Shown here: in pieces, positions 17,850-28,208 of the stretch
Layout of the letters: every line of letters begins with the position of its first letter
How positions within the stretch are numbered: the first letter of the stretch is position 1
Assembly: GCA_964384485.1 (NCBI GenBank)
Contig: CAYLLE010000001.1
Coordinates: 40,589-104,588, forward strand
Source: an uncultured Spirochaetales bacterium
GTDB taxonomy: Bacteria; Spirochaetota; Spirochaetia; CAYLLE01
DNA: 64,000 nt
Direction of reading: 5' to 3'
The notes under the pieces: model-generated
What the model was told of the DNA's origin: nothing
What the model saw: only the letters and a program-made list of their open reading frames with translations
Database searches by the model: none
Translations under genes and position numbers: made by a program

Positions 17850-18773
17850 ATGATAGAAGTAAAATCGATTAAAAAATCATTCGGTGACTTAACCGCTGTT
17901 TCCGAAGTTTCATTCACCGCTAACAGGAATGAGATTTTCGGATTGATCGGTCCGAACGGCGCCGGTAAATCGACAACAATCCGGATGATCATGAACATCC
18001 TGGCTCCGGACGAAGGGCAAATCCTTTTCGATGGAAATCCGATTAAGGAAAAGGATAAGGAAAGAATCGGATATCTTCCGGAGGAACGGGGTCTTTATAA
18101 AAAGGTAAAAGTCAATGAAATGCTTATCTATCTGGCAAAATTAAAAAATGCCGATATTCAGGAGAGTCAGAAACGGATCGACTACTGGCTGGACCGTTTC
18201 GATCTCATGCAATGGAAGGAAGCCAAAATAGAAGAACTTTCCAAGGGTATGGGGCAAAAAGTGCAGTTTATTGCCTCCATGGCCCATGATCCTGAACTGA
18301 TCTTTCTGGATGAACCTTTTGCGGGTCTGGACCCGGTCAGTTCCGATCAGCTGCGGGATTCCATCCTGGACCTCGGAAAACAGGGGAAAACAATACTGTT
18401 TTCAACGCACATCATGGAACACGCGGAGAAAATTTGCAGCAACATTTTCCTCATCAATAAAGGAAGGGAAGTTATATCCGGCAGGCTGGAAGACGTAAAG
18501 GACACACACGGAAAAAAATCGGTAATTATCGAATTCGACGGGAATTCCGATTTTGTCCGTGATCTCACCATGGTAAAAAAGGTCATCACCTATCCAAGAT
18601 ACATGGAAATAGAATTGACTGATGACGGAGACCCGGATGTACTCCTTAAAAAAATGGTCGATAATGTTTCCGTAAGAAAATTTGAAATCACAACCCCGTC
18701 CCTGCATAAAATTTTCGTTGACCGGGTTGGGAAAAAACCGGAAGAGATTTCAAAGGAGGAGGAAAAGAAATGA
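17850..18773 (+). CDS. ABC transporter ATP-binding protein (ABC-2 / NatA-like)
   Basis: Walker A (GPNGAGKST), signature (LSKGMGQKV) and Walker B (LIFLDEPFAGLD). The start was trimmed to the ATG at 17850, which is preceded by AAAGGGAGAAAG. Confidence 0.9.
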   Translation: MIEVKSIKKSFGDLTAVSEVSFTANRNEIFGLIGPNGAGKSTTIRMIMNILAPDEGQILFDGNPIKEKDKERIGYLPEERGLYKKVKVNEMLIYLAKLKNADIQESQKRIDYWLDRFDLMQWKEAKIEELSKGMGQKVQFIASMAHDPELIFLDEPFAGLDPVSSDQLRDSILDLGKQGKTILFSTHIMEHAEKICSNIFLINKGREVISGRLEDVKDTHGKKSVIIEFDGNSDFVRDLTMVKKVITYPRYMEIELTDDGDPDVLLKKMVDNVSVRKFEITTPSLHKIFVDRVGKKPEEISKEEEKK

Positions 18774-20002
18774 GCTTTAAAAAAATATTGAATGTGGCAG
18801 GGATGGAATTCAAACTGACCGCCGTAAATAAGGCGTTCGTGATCATCACGATTATCGGTCCTTTCCTGATACTGGCAATTTCCGTACTGCCTACCCTCTT
18901 TGCCTCTTCGGGTCCCGCAATAGAAGAGGGAACAGCAATCGCTGTTGTCGGAGGAACTGAGGATTTATACCAGGACCTGAACAGGGCATTAGGGCAGACC
19001 AATCTGCGTGTTTTCCGGCAGAATAATTTTGAGCAGGTAAGGCAGCAGGTACTTAAGGGGTCGGTCCACGGAATCCTCGTTCTGCCCCAGGAGAATCCCC
19101 TAGAATCCGACTCCTATACGTACTACTCGAAAAGCGGATCAGATTTCGGCGTGTACGAGACGCTTAAGGCGGTCCTGGGCAACGTTGTGGTAAACCAGAA
19201 ACTCGCCGGTGAGGGGCTTGATCCTTCCCGGGTTCGGTATCTCACCCGCACACCCGGACTGGAGGCACGGAAACTGGCAGCTTCCGGAGAGGATACCAGC
19301 CAGGATTTTATGGGACTCCTTATGACCGGCATGGCTTTCGTGATGCTTATCTACATGACAGTTCTTCTATACGGCCAGATGATTGCCCGGTCTGTTCTCA
19401 CCGAAAAAACATCGAAAACTGTAGAGATAATGCTGTCGTCCGTCCAGCCGCTTGAGCTCCTATACGGAAAGATTTTCGGTAAAGGCGTAGCCGGCATACT
19501 GCAGTATATCTTCTGGGGAACAGTCGCCGTAATATTGGTAAAAGTGATTGGGCCGGCTTTTGACCTGTCCCTTCCCGCTTCGCTGACAGTCACGAATTTA
19601 CTCTATTTGATAGTGTTTTTCATCCTGGCATTTTTTCTGTACGCGGCTATTTACGGCGCCTTGGGAGCGGGAGCGGAAGACGATCAGCATTTGGGACAGC
19701 TCCAGATGCCGGTAATCATGCTCCTGGTTCTTCCCCTCGTTCTTGTATCGGCCATGATAATGAATCCGAACGGCGCTTTAACGGTCACCCTCTCCTTTGT
19801 CCCGTTCACGGCTCCGATTGTTATGCTTCTCAGAATCATTATATCCGAACCTCCGGTGTGGGAAATACTGGTTTCAATCGGACTGCAGCTCCTCACAATC
19901 ACCGGCCTGGTGTATGTGTCGGCAAAAATATTCCGGGTAGGAGTACTTATGACCGGGAAAAGACCAAGCATCACCGAAATCCTGCGGTGGGTAAGATACT
20001 GA
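18770..20002 (+). CDS. ABC-2 family transporter permease (NatB-like)
   Basis: ATGA overlap with the ATPase gene. One N-terminal TM helix, a large extracytoplasmic loop, then five C-terminal TM helices. Confidence 0.8.
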   Translation: MSFKKILNVAGMEFKLTAVNKAFVIITIIGPFLILAISVLPTLFASSGPAIEEGTAIAVVGGTEDLYQDLNRALGQTNLRVFRQNNFEQVRQQVLKGSVHGILVLPQENPLESDSYTYYSKSGSDFGVYETLKAVLGNVVVNQKLAGEGLDPSRVRYLTRTPGLEARKLAASGEDTSQDFMGLLMTGMAFVMLIYMTVLLYGQMIARSVLTEKTSKTVEIMLSSVQPLELLYGKIFGKGVAGILQYIFWGTVAVILVKVIGPAFDLSLPASLTVTNLLYLIVFFILAFFLYAAIYGALGAGAEDDQHLGQLQMPVIMLLVLPLVLVSAMIMNPNGALTVTLSFVPFTAPIVMLLRIIISEPPVWEILVSIGLQLLTITGLVYVSAKIFRVGVLMTGKRPSITEILRWVRY

Positions 20003-20023
20003 CCATCATCCGCGCGTATAATC

Positions 20024-20056
20024 CGGGCTGCCGAATCACTAAGGCAGCCTTTTTTT
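20024..20056 (+). terminator. rho-independent terminator after ABC-2 operon
   Basis: GGCTGCC-gaatcactaa-GGCAGCC hairpin followed by TTTTTTT. Confidence 0.6.
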
Positions 20057-20119
20057 GCGATTTTTGAACGGCATCCGGGTAATTTTCTTCCTATTATACC
20101 AAGGCCAGGGGCAGTCGTA

Positions 20120-20148
20120 TTGAAACAAAGGGGGATAAGGGGTATAGT
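20120..20148 (+). promoter_or_regulatory. candidate sigma70-type promoter (TTGAAA-17 nt-TATAGT) for PFOR gene
   Basis: Hexamers with 17-nt spacing lie about 45 nt upstream of the trimmed ATG at 20195. The element overlaps the far-upstream ORF-track start, which argues against that start. Confidence 0.35.
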
Positions 20149-20194
20149 AGAGATGCCTTTTACGAAAAATCAACATAAACGAGGAATAAAAACC

Positions 20195-23100
20195 ATGTCT
20201 GATAAGAAAACAGTGACCATTGACGGTAATACCGCAGCGGCTTACACTGCCCATGCCACGAATGAGGTCGTGGCGATTTATCCAATTACTCCTTCTTCAC
20301 CCATGGGAGAGCTGGCTGACCAGTACTCTGCACAGGGAAAGAAGAATATCTGGGGCACAACCCCCCACGTGATCGAACTTCAATCCGAAGCCGGTGCTTC
20401 CGGCTCGGTACACGGCGCGTTAACCACTGGAGCCTTAACTACAACATTTACCGCAAGCCAGGGACTTCTTTTGATGGTTCCGAATATGTACAAAATCGCC
20501 GGTGAACTAACACCGACAGTTTTTCATATAGCCGCGCGGGCAGTAGCAAGCCAGGCCCTATCAATTTTTGGTGATCACACCGATGTTATGGCTGTAAGAT
20601 CCACCGGATTTGCCATGCTTTCTTCCCACTCGGTCCAGGAAGTTATGGATATGGCCCTGATCGCCCAGGCTTCAACCCTTGAATCAAGGGTTCCGTTTCT
20701 CCATTTCTTCGACGGATTCCGAACTTCCCACGAGATTCAGAAAGTTGAAGAACTCCCCTTGGAGGTTATGAAGCAGTTAATCAACCCTGAACATGTTCAG
20801 GCTCACCGGATACGGGGACTTAATCCCGAAGATCCGGTTATACGGGGAACAAGCCAGAATCCTGATGTTTTCTTCGCTGCCAGAGAAACAGTGAATAAAT
20901 ACTACGAAGCAACTCCCGGAATTGTACAGAAAGCGATGGACAAGTTCGCCGAACTAACCGGAAGAAGGTACAATCTGTTCGATTATTACGGCGCCCCCGA
21001 CGCGGAGCGGGTTGTTGTCCTCATGGGTTCAAGCTCCGGTACAATGGAAGAAACGGTAGAATACCTGAATGAACAGGGCGAAAAAGTAGGTGTAGTTAAA
21101 GTACATCTCTACCGACCGTTCAGCATCGACCATCTGATCGACGCACTTCCCAAAACTGTCCAGAAAATTGCCGCGCTTGATATGACGAAAGAGCCGGGAG
21201 CAGTAGGAGAACCCCTCTACGAGGATGTTAAAACCGCAATAACGGAAGCCTCAAAAGGATCCACTTCCAAATTCAGACAGGTTCCGGAAGTTGTCGGCGG
21301 ACGGTACGGTCTCGGCCTCCACCTCCACGGGTTTACTCCGGGGATGGCAAAAGCGGTATTGGATAACCTGAAAAAAGATGCTCCCAGAAACCATTTTACC
21401 ATCGGCATCGTCGATGACGTTGCAGGAACCAGTCTCGATTGGGACACATCATTCAGTCCCGCGGAAAAGAAACTTCACCGGGCCATGTTTTTCGGCCTCG
21501 GTTCAGACGGTACGGTGGGTGCCAATAAAAACTCGATAAAGATAATCGGTGATGCCACTGACAACTTTGCCCAGGGCTACTTTGTCTACGACTCCAAGAA
21601 AGCCGGGGCAACCACGGAAAGTCACTTACGGTTCGGGAAAACCCCGATTAAGGGAACTTACCTCATTCAGCAGGCAAACTTTCTGGCCTGTCACAAGTTC
21701 AGCTTCCTAGAAAAGTTCGATATGCTGAGCAGCCTGGAAGAGGGAGGTACGTTTCTCCTTGCCTCTCCCTACGGCAAAGATGAAATTTGGGACCATATCC
21801 CGGTTGAGGTTCAGCAGCAGATCATCGATAAAAAGGCCCGGTTCTACGTAATTGATGCCTACCAGATCGCAGAAGAAAACGGAATGGGCTCCCGGATCAA
21901 TATCATCATGCAGACTGCTTTCTTTAAGATTTCCGGTATTCTGCCGGAAGATGAAGCAGTTGAACTCATCAAGAAATCAATCATAAAGACATACGGACGG
22001 AAGGGGCAGGATGTGGTAGATAAAAACATTTCTACTATTGAAGTCGCTCTTGAACGGATCGAAGAAGTTGATTATCCCTCAACTGCTTCCGGAGATATCC
22101 ATATATCGCCTCCGGTTCCGGAAAACGCTCCTGAGTTTGTAAAGAACGTCACCGGAAAAATGATCGCCCGGAAGGGACACACCCTGAAAGTTTCGGAGCT
22201 GCCCGAAGACGGCACCTATCCCACCGGTACAACTAAATACGAGAAACGGAATATTGCTGAAAACATTCCCGTCTGGGAACCGGATATCTGTATTCAGTGC
22301 GGCGACTGTTCCGCGGTATGTCCCCATGCCACTATCAGAATGAAGGCGTACGATCCGTCCTTTCTGGACAAGGCTCCGGATACCTTCAAAAGTTCGGACG
22401 CGAAAGGCAAAGAACTTGCAGGCATGAAGATGACAATTCAGGTAGCACCGGAGGATTGTACGGGATGCGGAACTTGTGTAGCGATCTGCCCCGCGAAAGA
22501 GAAAAAAGACGGTGAACCCACCGGAAAGAAAGCTATCAATATGAAACCCCAACCTCCTCTTAGAGAAAAGGAAGCTGAAAACTGGGACTACTTCCTCTCC
22601 ATCCCTAATCCCGATGCTTCAAAAATTAATCTTAAGACAACCAAGGGAACCCAGCTCCTAGAACCGCTTTTTGAGTTCTCCGGAGCATGCGCGGGATGCG
22701 GTGAAACACCCTATGTAAAACTGCTCTCCCAGTTGTTCGGAGACCGCATGGTCATTGCCAACGCGACCGGTTGTTCATCCATTTACGGCGGGAATCTGCC
22801 GACCACTCCCTACACAACCCGGAAAGACGGGAAGGGCCCGGTCTGGTCAAACTCACTGTTCGAAGATGCCGCCGAATTCGGTTTGGGAATGCGGTTGACC
22901 GCGGATAAACTTAACGAGTACGCCCTGGAAATACTGGACACCGGAGTCTCAAACGGTCTGGTCGATAAAGAATCCGCGGATAAGATCAAAAATAATCAGC
23001 AGACTACAACAGAAGAAGTTGACGATCAGCGGAAGGTTGTCGCGGAGCTGCGGGAAAAACTGAAGGCTTCCGGTTCACCCGACGCGAAAGAACTGTTAAG

Positions 23101-23773
23101 CGCATTGGATCATCTGATCAAAAAATCTGTCTGGATCTTCGGCGGTGACGGATGGGCCTATGATATTGGATACGGCGGTCTCGACCACGTAATGGCTTCG
23201 GGTAGGAACGTGAATGTTCTGGTAATGGACACGGAGGTCTACTCCAACACGGGCGGACAAATGTCCAAGGCTACCCCGATCGGAGCTATCGCGAAATTTG
23301 CAGCCAGCGGTAAACCCATCAAAAAGAAAGACCTGGGCATGATGATGATGAGCTACGGATATGTCTATGTGGCACAGATAGCCATGGGATATAACCGGAT
23401 CCAGACCATCAAAGCGGTCCAGGAAGCGGAAGCGTATGACGGACCGTCAATCATCATTGCCTACTCCCATTGTATCCCCAACCATGGTATCGCCATGAAT
23501 GTTGGAATGGAACAGCAGAAACTCGCGGTTAACTCCGGCTTATGGCCGCTCTACCGGTTCAACCCGGAACTGAAGAAACAGGGAAAGAATCCTCTGCAGC
23601 TTGACTCCAGGGAGCCCAGTGTGGATATAGAGGACTATATCTACCGGGAAATCCGGTACCGTGCTCTCAAGCAGGCAAAACCGGAAAAAGCGCAGGAATA
23701 CCTGGAAATGGCTAAACAAAACATAAAAGAGCAGTGGGAAACCTACAAATATCTTGCCGCACGAGAGTTTTAA
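20195..23773 (+). CDS. nifJ: pyruvate:ferredoxin (flavodoxin) oxidoreductase, single-polypeptide NifJ/PFOR type
   Basis: About 1190 aa. TPP-binding motif (GGDGWAYDIGYGGLDH). Two 4Fe-4S ferredoxin motifs (CIQCGDCSAVCP and CTGCGTCVAICP). The C-terminus matches PFOR (SGACAGCGETPYVKLLSQLFG). The start was trimmed to the ATG at 20195, with ACGAGGAATAAAAACC as the SD region. Confidence 0.95.
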   Translation: MSDKKTVTIDGNTAAAYTAHATNEVVAIYPITPSSPMGELADQYSAQGKKNIWGTTPHVIELQSEAGASGSVHGALTTGALTTTFTASQGLLLMVPNMYKIAGELTPTVFHIAARAVASQALSIFGDHTDVMAVRSTGFAMLSSHSVQEVMDMALIAQASTLESRVPFLHFFDGFRTSHEIQKVEELPLEVMKQLINPEHVQAHRIRGLNPEDPVIRGTSQNPDVFFAARETVNKYYEATPGIVQKAMDKFAELTGRRYNLFDYYGAPDAERVVVLMGSSSGTMEETVEYLNEQGEKVGVVKVHLYRPFSIDHLIDALPKTVQKIAALDMTKEPGAVGEPLYEDVKTAITEASKGSTSKFRQVPEVVGGRYGLGLHLHGFTPGMAKAVLDNLKKDAPRNHFTIGIVDDVAGTSLDWDTSFSPAEKKLHRAMFFGLGSDGTVGANKNSIKIIGDATDNFAQGYFVYDSKKAGATTESHLRFGKTPIKGTYLIQQANFLACHKFSFLEKFDMLSSLEEGGTFLLASPYGKDEIWDHIPVEVQQQIIDKKARFYVIDAYQIAEENGMGSRINIIMQTAFFKISGILPEDEAVELIKKSIIKTYGRKGQDVVDKNISTIEVALERIEEVDYPSTASGDIHISPPVPENAPEFVKNVTGKMIARKGHTLKVSELPEDGTYPTGTTKYEKRNIAENIPVWEPDICIQCGDCSAVCPHATIRMKAYDPSFLDKAPDTFKSSDAKGKELAGMKMTIQVAPEDCTGCGTCVAICPAKEKKDGEPTGKKAINMKPQPPLREKEAENWDYFLSIPNPDASKINLKTTKGTQLLEPLFEFSGACAGCGETPYVKLLSQLFGDRMVIANATGCSSIYGGNLPTTPYTTRKDGKGPVWSNSLFEDAAEFGLGMRLTADKLNEYALEILDTGVSNGLVDKESADKIKNNQQTTTEEVDDQRKVVAELREKLKASGSPDAKELLSALDHLIKKSVWIFGGDGWAYDIGYGGLDHVMASGRNVNVLVMDTEVYSNTGGQMSKATPIGAIAKFAASGKPIKKKDLGMMMMSYGYVYVAQIAMGYNRIQTIKAVQEAEAYDGPSIIIAYSHCIPNHGIAMNVGMEQQKLAVNSGLWPLYRFNPELKKQGKNPLQLDSREPSVDIEDYIYREIRYRALKQAKPEKAQEYLEMAKQNIKEQWETYKYLAAREF

Positions 23774-23801
23774 AAGACTCTTTATATTACTGAATATCAG
23801 A

Positions 23802-23836
23802 GGGGACTGTCTGCTAAAGACAGTTCCCTTTTTTTA
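23802..23836 (+). terminator. rho-independent terminator after PFOR gene
   Basis: An 11-bp stem with one G-U pair (GGGGACTGTCT / AGACAGTTCCC), loop gctaa, then T7. Confidence 0.65.
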
Positions 23837-23940
23837 TGAATGTTCTTCCAGTTTCCAGTTATCTAACCGGATAGTAGAAATCAATTCGGCAAATAATTTC
23901 TGAAAATTGAGGGACGGTGGATTTGAAGTGTATTTTTATG

Positions 23941-25746
23941 CTATGCAGTGTTATACCGGAGATTACGGTATATCCTGATTTCAAATATCCGGATACAGTC
24001 TGCTCCCCGGGTGGACAGCCCGGTAAGTTTCAGCTTATTAAAAACAGTTTCGGAATTAATCCTGTGTACACGATGCCGGAGATAATTTTCGGAAACCTCT
24101 TCGACCGAGACAGGTTCATCATCTAAAAACAATTCCAGACGGTAATCCTTCACAAGCTCTTCAGGTACTCCGTGAAAAAATTTTTCCGTAGCAGTTTCTG
24201 ATATGGAAAGCATTATCTCTTTGGATAATCCGGAGTCGAAGCGGATATCGATCTCCGCGGCTTTTATCGGTTCCCGGCATTTGAGTTCAATCCACTCACC
24301 ATCTTCCCCAATGCTGTCCGAAATCCAGCAATTGCTCTTGCCGTGTTCTGCCCGGGATTTGCCGTTTACCGCGTATTCGGGCTTCCCTTCCGTTTTATAC
24401 GAGGAGGCGGTAACCGTGCATCCGACGGATATATTGTCCGGATCATCGGGGGAAATGCCGGGGAGATAGCAGTCGTCTCTATCGAGACGCAGCTGAATCT
24501 CCGTAATACCGGCCAAAACATCCCCTGGAGAAGTCTTCCTCTCTACCGCCGCGGCCGCCGCGGTACCGGCGGCTTGTCCGATAACCGCGGTGGTACCCAT
24601 AACCCGGAGGGAAGCGAAAGCTATATGACTGGCGCTTACCGCCCGTCCTGCTGTTATCAGGTTATCAACTCCGTGAGGAAGAAGACATCGGTAGGGTATC
24701 CCGTAAACTTCCGGAACCTCGAGAAATGTCGTGGGTTCATCTTTGCTTAACAGCCCTCCAGGAACATGCAGGTCCATGGGCCATCCTCCGTAAGCGACGG
24801 TATCGTTAAACTTTTTAGCGGCAAGGACATCGTTTTCGGTGAGTACGTACCAGCCCCTTATTCGCCGGCTCTCCCTTTTACCCGGGAGAAATCCAACCCA
24901 GTCCATGACCAGGTTTTCGGAGGGATAATTTCCTGAGTTTTTAATATGGTCCCATATTCCGTATAATTTTTTCAGGAGGTCATCTCTTATTTGCTCTCCA
25001 TCCGAAACCGTATCGAGGCTATCTCCGCCCAGTTCGATCCACCAGTATCCGGAAGTTATTTCTTCCAGTTCCCGGTACTTGAAATCGGCTTCCGAAAAAG
25101 TATCAGCCCAAAACGGCTTTTCAAACCGCACCGGCCGGCCGGCATCTTTGGCTTGAAAAAGAAGGGTGTTTCCCATGGTATAATGGTCCGGTTTTTCCGG
25201 CGCGTGAGGTTCGTCAAAGGCCGATTGCCCCTCCCTGCCCCGCATGGAATCGGCACCGGCCAGGTGGGCGAGGGTGCCGTCGCCTGTGGCGTCTATGTAT
25301 ATTGAAGCGCGTATCTGAAAAGATTTCTCGGTTGTGAGTTGTTCGCAAAGGATGTTATCGATCCTGCTTCCGCTTGTAAAAACATCGGTCATATGAGTGT
25401 TCAGACGCAGAGTAAGACCATCCTGAAACGCCGCTTTCTCCCAGAGTATAGTATCAAATACAGAAAAAGATGATTGAGGATTCCGGTACGCGTTTTCCAG
25501 CATAATTTCTTCCAGAATTCCGGTCTCTCGGGAATCAGGCCGCGAATGATTGTTACTCAGGGCACCGCAGATGTGCATCCGTATCTCCGATGAGGCATTT
25601 CCGCCCAGGACCGGCCGATTCTGAATCAGAATGGTTTTAGCTCCATGACGGGCAGCGGCTATGGCTGCCAGAAGGCCGGACATTCCTCCCCCGACAACTG
25701 CAAGGTCATATGTCTCATTGATAAATTCTTTCCTCATCTTGCTCAT
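23941..25746 (-). CDS. FAD-dependent oxidoreductase family protein with C-terminal discoidin (F5/8 type C)-like domain
   Basis: Rossmann dinucleotide motif (DLAVVGGGMSGLLAAIAAARHGAKTILIQ). The C-terminus has a galactose-binding-like domain (CWISDSIGEDGEWIELKC). The start was trimmed to the ATG at 25746, with 25737 as the alternative. Confidence 0.7.
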   Translation of the reverse strand: MSKMRKEFINETYDLAVVGGGMSGLLAAIAAARHGAKTILIQNRPVLGGNASSEIRMHICGALSNNHSRPDSRETGILEEIMLENAYRNPQSSFSVFDTILWEKAAFQDGLTLRLNTHMTDVFTSGSRIDNILCEQLTTEKSFQIRASIYIDATGDGTLAHLAGADSMRGREGQSAFDEPHAPEKPDHYTMGNTLLFQAKDAGRPVRFEKPFWADTFSEADFKYRELEEITSGYWWIELGGDSLDTVSDGEQIRDDLLKKLYGIWDHIKNSGNYPSENLVMDWVGFLPGKRESRRIRGWYVLTENDVLAAKKFNDTVAYGGWPMDLHVPGGLLSKDEPTTFLEVPEVYGIPYRCLLPHGVDNLITAGRAVSASHIAFASLRVMGTTAVIGQAAGTAAAAAVERKTSPGDVLAGITEIQLRLDRDDCYLPGISPDDPDNISVGCTVTASSYKTEGKPEYAVNGKSRAEHGKSNCWISDSIGEDGEWIELKCREPIKAAEIDIRFDSGLSKEIMLSISETATEKFFHGVPEELVKDYRLELFLDDEPVSVEEVSENYLRHRVHRINSETVFNKLKLTGLSTRGADCIRIFEIRIYRNLRYNTA

Positions 25747-25946
25747 TAAGCCATTATACCGGAAAAATGCAGGAAAGATAACATCTCTTAAAACATCTCT
25801 GCGATCCATTATTTGCCGAAAAAGCAATATCCGGCAACAAAATTCACGTTGAAACTAATAAATTTTTGCAGCATGGTTACTTATATAAATCGGTACCGTC
25901 GGGAATTGCTGTTGCCGAAAGAGAATATTTTTTCCATCTTATAATT

Positions 25947-26249
25947 ATGGAAAAGAAAGAAGATATAGATGTCAGATTTGAAGAAAAAGCAAAGCGGTTC
26001 ACGGTGCGACTTGACGGGAAAATAGCCTATCTCACCTTTAAAAAAGAAGACGAAAATCATGTGGTATTCGATCATACCTATGTCCCAGAGGAGTACCGGG
26101 AACAGGGAATCGCCGGGGAAATAGTTAAGACCGGCATGGATTGGGCAAAAAAGAAAGGCCTGAAGGTCGTTCCGGCATGCAGTTATGTTGAATGGTGGAT
26201 CGGTCAAAATCCGGAGTATAACGATATTATTGTTTCCGGGAAGAAATAA
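25947..26249 (+). CDS. small GNAT-fold N-acetyltransferase-like protein (YjdJ/NATD1-like)
   Basis: HTYVPEEYREQGIAGEIVKTGMDWAKKKGLKVVPACSYV matches the single-domain GNAT_2-like family. The start was trimmed to the ATG at 25947. Confidence 0.65.
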   Translation: MEKKEDIDVRFEEKAKRFTVRLDGKIAYLTFKKEDENHVVFDHTYVPEEYREQGIAGEIVKTGMDWAKKKGLKVVPACSYVEWWIGQNPEYNDIIVSGKK

Positions 26250-26338
26250 TTTAATTTCATCGGCAAAAAGCAACTTCCGGAATTATTTTATTTACGCCAT
26301 TGACGCGGTTCTCATACTCATAATAAAGTTAGGATGTT

Positions 26339-28159
26339 ATGAAAAGAGAACCATATCCATTAGAGCGGTATTTATCAGCCCAATCGGCTTCCTCTCCAAA
26401 ATTTTCTTCCGACGGAAAGAAACTTTTTTTTAAGGCAAACATTACGGGGACGGATCAACTTTTCTCTGTTCCGGTAAGACTTGATAGTGAAGTAATTTCC
26501 TGGCCGGAGCAGCACACCTTCGGTAAAGAACGGATAATCTCTTACGCGGTAGATAAACAGAATCCTGACCGGACCATATACAGCAGGGATTCCGGGGGTA
26601 ATGAAAATGCCCAGCTTTTTTTGCTTGATGAAAGAAACCGGGAAATAAATCTTACAAGGGGACATGAAACAGCAATGCACATCATGGGCCAGTGGAGAGA
26701 AGACGGTGAAAAGATCCTTTTCGCGGCCAACCGGAGAAACAAAGGACTCTTTGATCTTTATATGGCGGATTTGAATGGCCGTGAACAGCTTATCCTGGAA
26801 TCCGATGAACCCGGCTATTTACGGAGCGCGAAGTTTTCTCCTGACGGGAAAAAGATCGTTGTCATAAAAGCGGTATCGTCATTCAGACAGATGCTGATAG
26901 AAATTGATCTTTCGGGTCCTGAAGCGCAAATTCTCGCCGGCAAGGATGAAGACATCCAGATCGGCGGTATCGAATACAGTTCTGACGGCTCATTTTTATA
27001 CTGCATCACCGATTCGGAGTCAGATTTTCTCAACGCGGCTAGGTATAATTTAAAAGACCGCCGCTTTATTCCGGTTATCAGCCGGGAATGGGACGCGGAA
27101 ATGATTAAATTAAGTGATTCCGAGAAATATCTTGCCTGCTCATTCAATGTTGACGGATACAGTGAGTTGATGATCAGGGATCTGAAATCCGGAGATACCA
27201 CAGTAGCCGGACTTCCGGTCAGAGGAATAATTTCCGGATTTGATATTAGTCCGGATGAATCTACTGTCGCTTTCGGTATCCAGGGAGCTTCCAGAACCGA
27301 GGATATATATTGCATGAACTTGAATACCTATAAAAGCAGTAAAACAACTCGGTCTTCCCACGGTGGATTACCCGTGGAAACATTCCTTGAACCGGATATT
27401 ATCCATTACGAATCGTTTGACGGGCGCAGCATACCTGCCTACTACTTCCTTCCTCAAAACAGAGAAAAGAAGTCCCCGGTCATCGTTATTGTTCACGGAG
27501 GTCCTGAAGGACAGGCGAGGCCGTCGTTCAGCGGACTAATACAATATTACCTCCATTCCGGATTTGCCGTTTTTATTCCGAACGTTAGAGGTTCCACGGG
27601 TTACGGAAAAGCCTACAGCCATCTGGACGATGTTGAAAAGCGGATGGATAGTGTTGCCGACCTTGAGTACGGCGCGAAATGGCTGAAGGAGCAGACCGAA
27701 GTAGATCCTGAAGGACTTATCATCTTCGGGGGAAGCTACGGCGGATTCATGGTTCTATCAGCGCTTACGGAATATCCCGAAACATGGGCCGCCGGCGTCG
27801 ATATTGTCGGGATCAGCAATTTTGTCACTTTTCTGGAAAATACAAGCAGCTACCGGAGAGCCCACCGGGAGGCCGAATACGGCAGCCTGGCGGAAAACAG
27901 AGACTTTCTCGAAAGAATATCACCAATTCATAAGTCGGACCAAATTAAAGTTCCATTGTTTGTAATACACGGCGCGAACGATCCCCGGGTTCCGTTGTCG
28001 GAGGCTGAGCAGCTGGTAGACAAACTAAGAGGGAGAAATGTACCGGTAAGACTGATGGTTTTCGATAACGAAGGTCACGGACTGAGTAAACTGGAGAACA
28101 AACTTAAGGCATACCCCGAAATGATCGATTGGCTGCAGGAGCACTTGAAACTAAATTGA
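26339..28159 (+). CDS. S9 family serine peptidase (prolyl oligopeptidase/acylaminoacyl-peptidase type) with N-terminal beta-propeller
   Basis: Catalytic Ser motif GGSYGGFM. Asp and His lie in the C-terminal alpha/beta hydrolase domain (VIHGANDPRV, NEGHGL). The N-terminus has TolB-like propeller repeats. Confidence 0.85.
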   Translation: MKREPYPLERYLSAQSASSPKFSSDGKKLFFKANITGTDQLFSVPVRLDSEVISWPEQHTFGKERIISYAVDKQNPDRTIYSRDSGGNENAQLFLLDERNREINLTRGHETAMHIMGQWREDGEKILFAANRRNKGLFDLYMADLNGREQLILESDEPGYLRSAKFSPDGKKIVVIKAVSSFRQMLIEIDLSGPEAQILAGKDEDIQIGGIEYSSDGSFLYCITDSESDFLNAARYNLKDRRFIPVISREWDAEMIKLSDSEKYLACSFNVDGYSELMIRDLKSGDTTVAGLPVRGIISGFDISPDESTVAFGIQGASRTEDIYCMNLNTYKSSKTTRSSHGGLPVETFLEPDIIHYESFDGRSIPAYYFLPQNREKKSPVIVIVHGGPEGQARPSFSGLIQYYLHSGFAVFIPNVRGSTGYGKAYSHLDDVEKRMDSVADLEYGAKWLKEQTEVDPEGLIIFGGSYGGFMVLSALTEYPETWAAGVDIVGISNFVTFLENTSSYRRAHREAEYGSLAENRDFLERISPIHKSDQIKVPLFVIHGANDPRVPLSEAEQLVDKLRGRNVPVRLMVFDNEGHGLSKLENKLKAYPEMIDWLQEHLKLN

Positions 28160-28208
28160 CGTCCCCATTTCCGGATGACACCGATTAAGATTTGGAACCG
28201 GAAAGATT

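Noticed and set aside
20120-20194. Upstream start for the PFOR ORF at 20120
   Set aside because: The upstream start codon coincides with the -35 hexamer of a good promoter. The conserved PFOR N-terminus (MSDKKTVTIDGN) starts at 20195 with an SD-like sequence.
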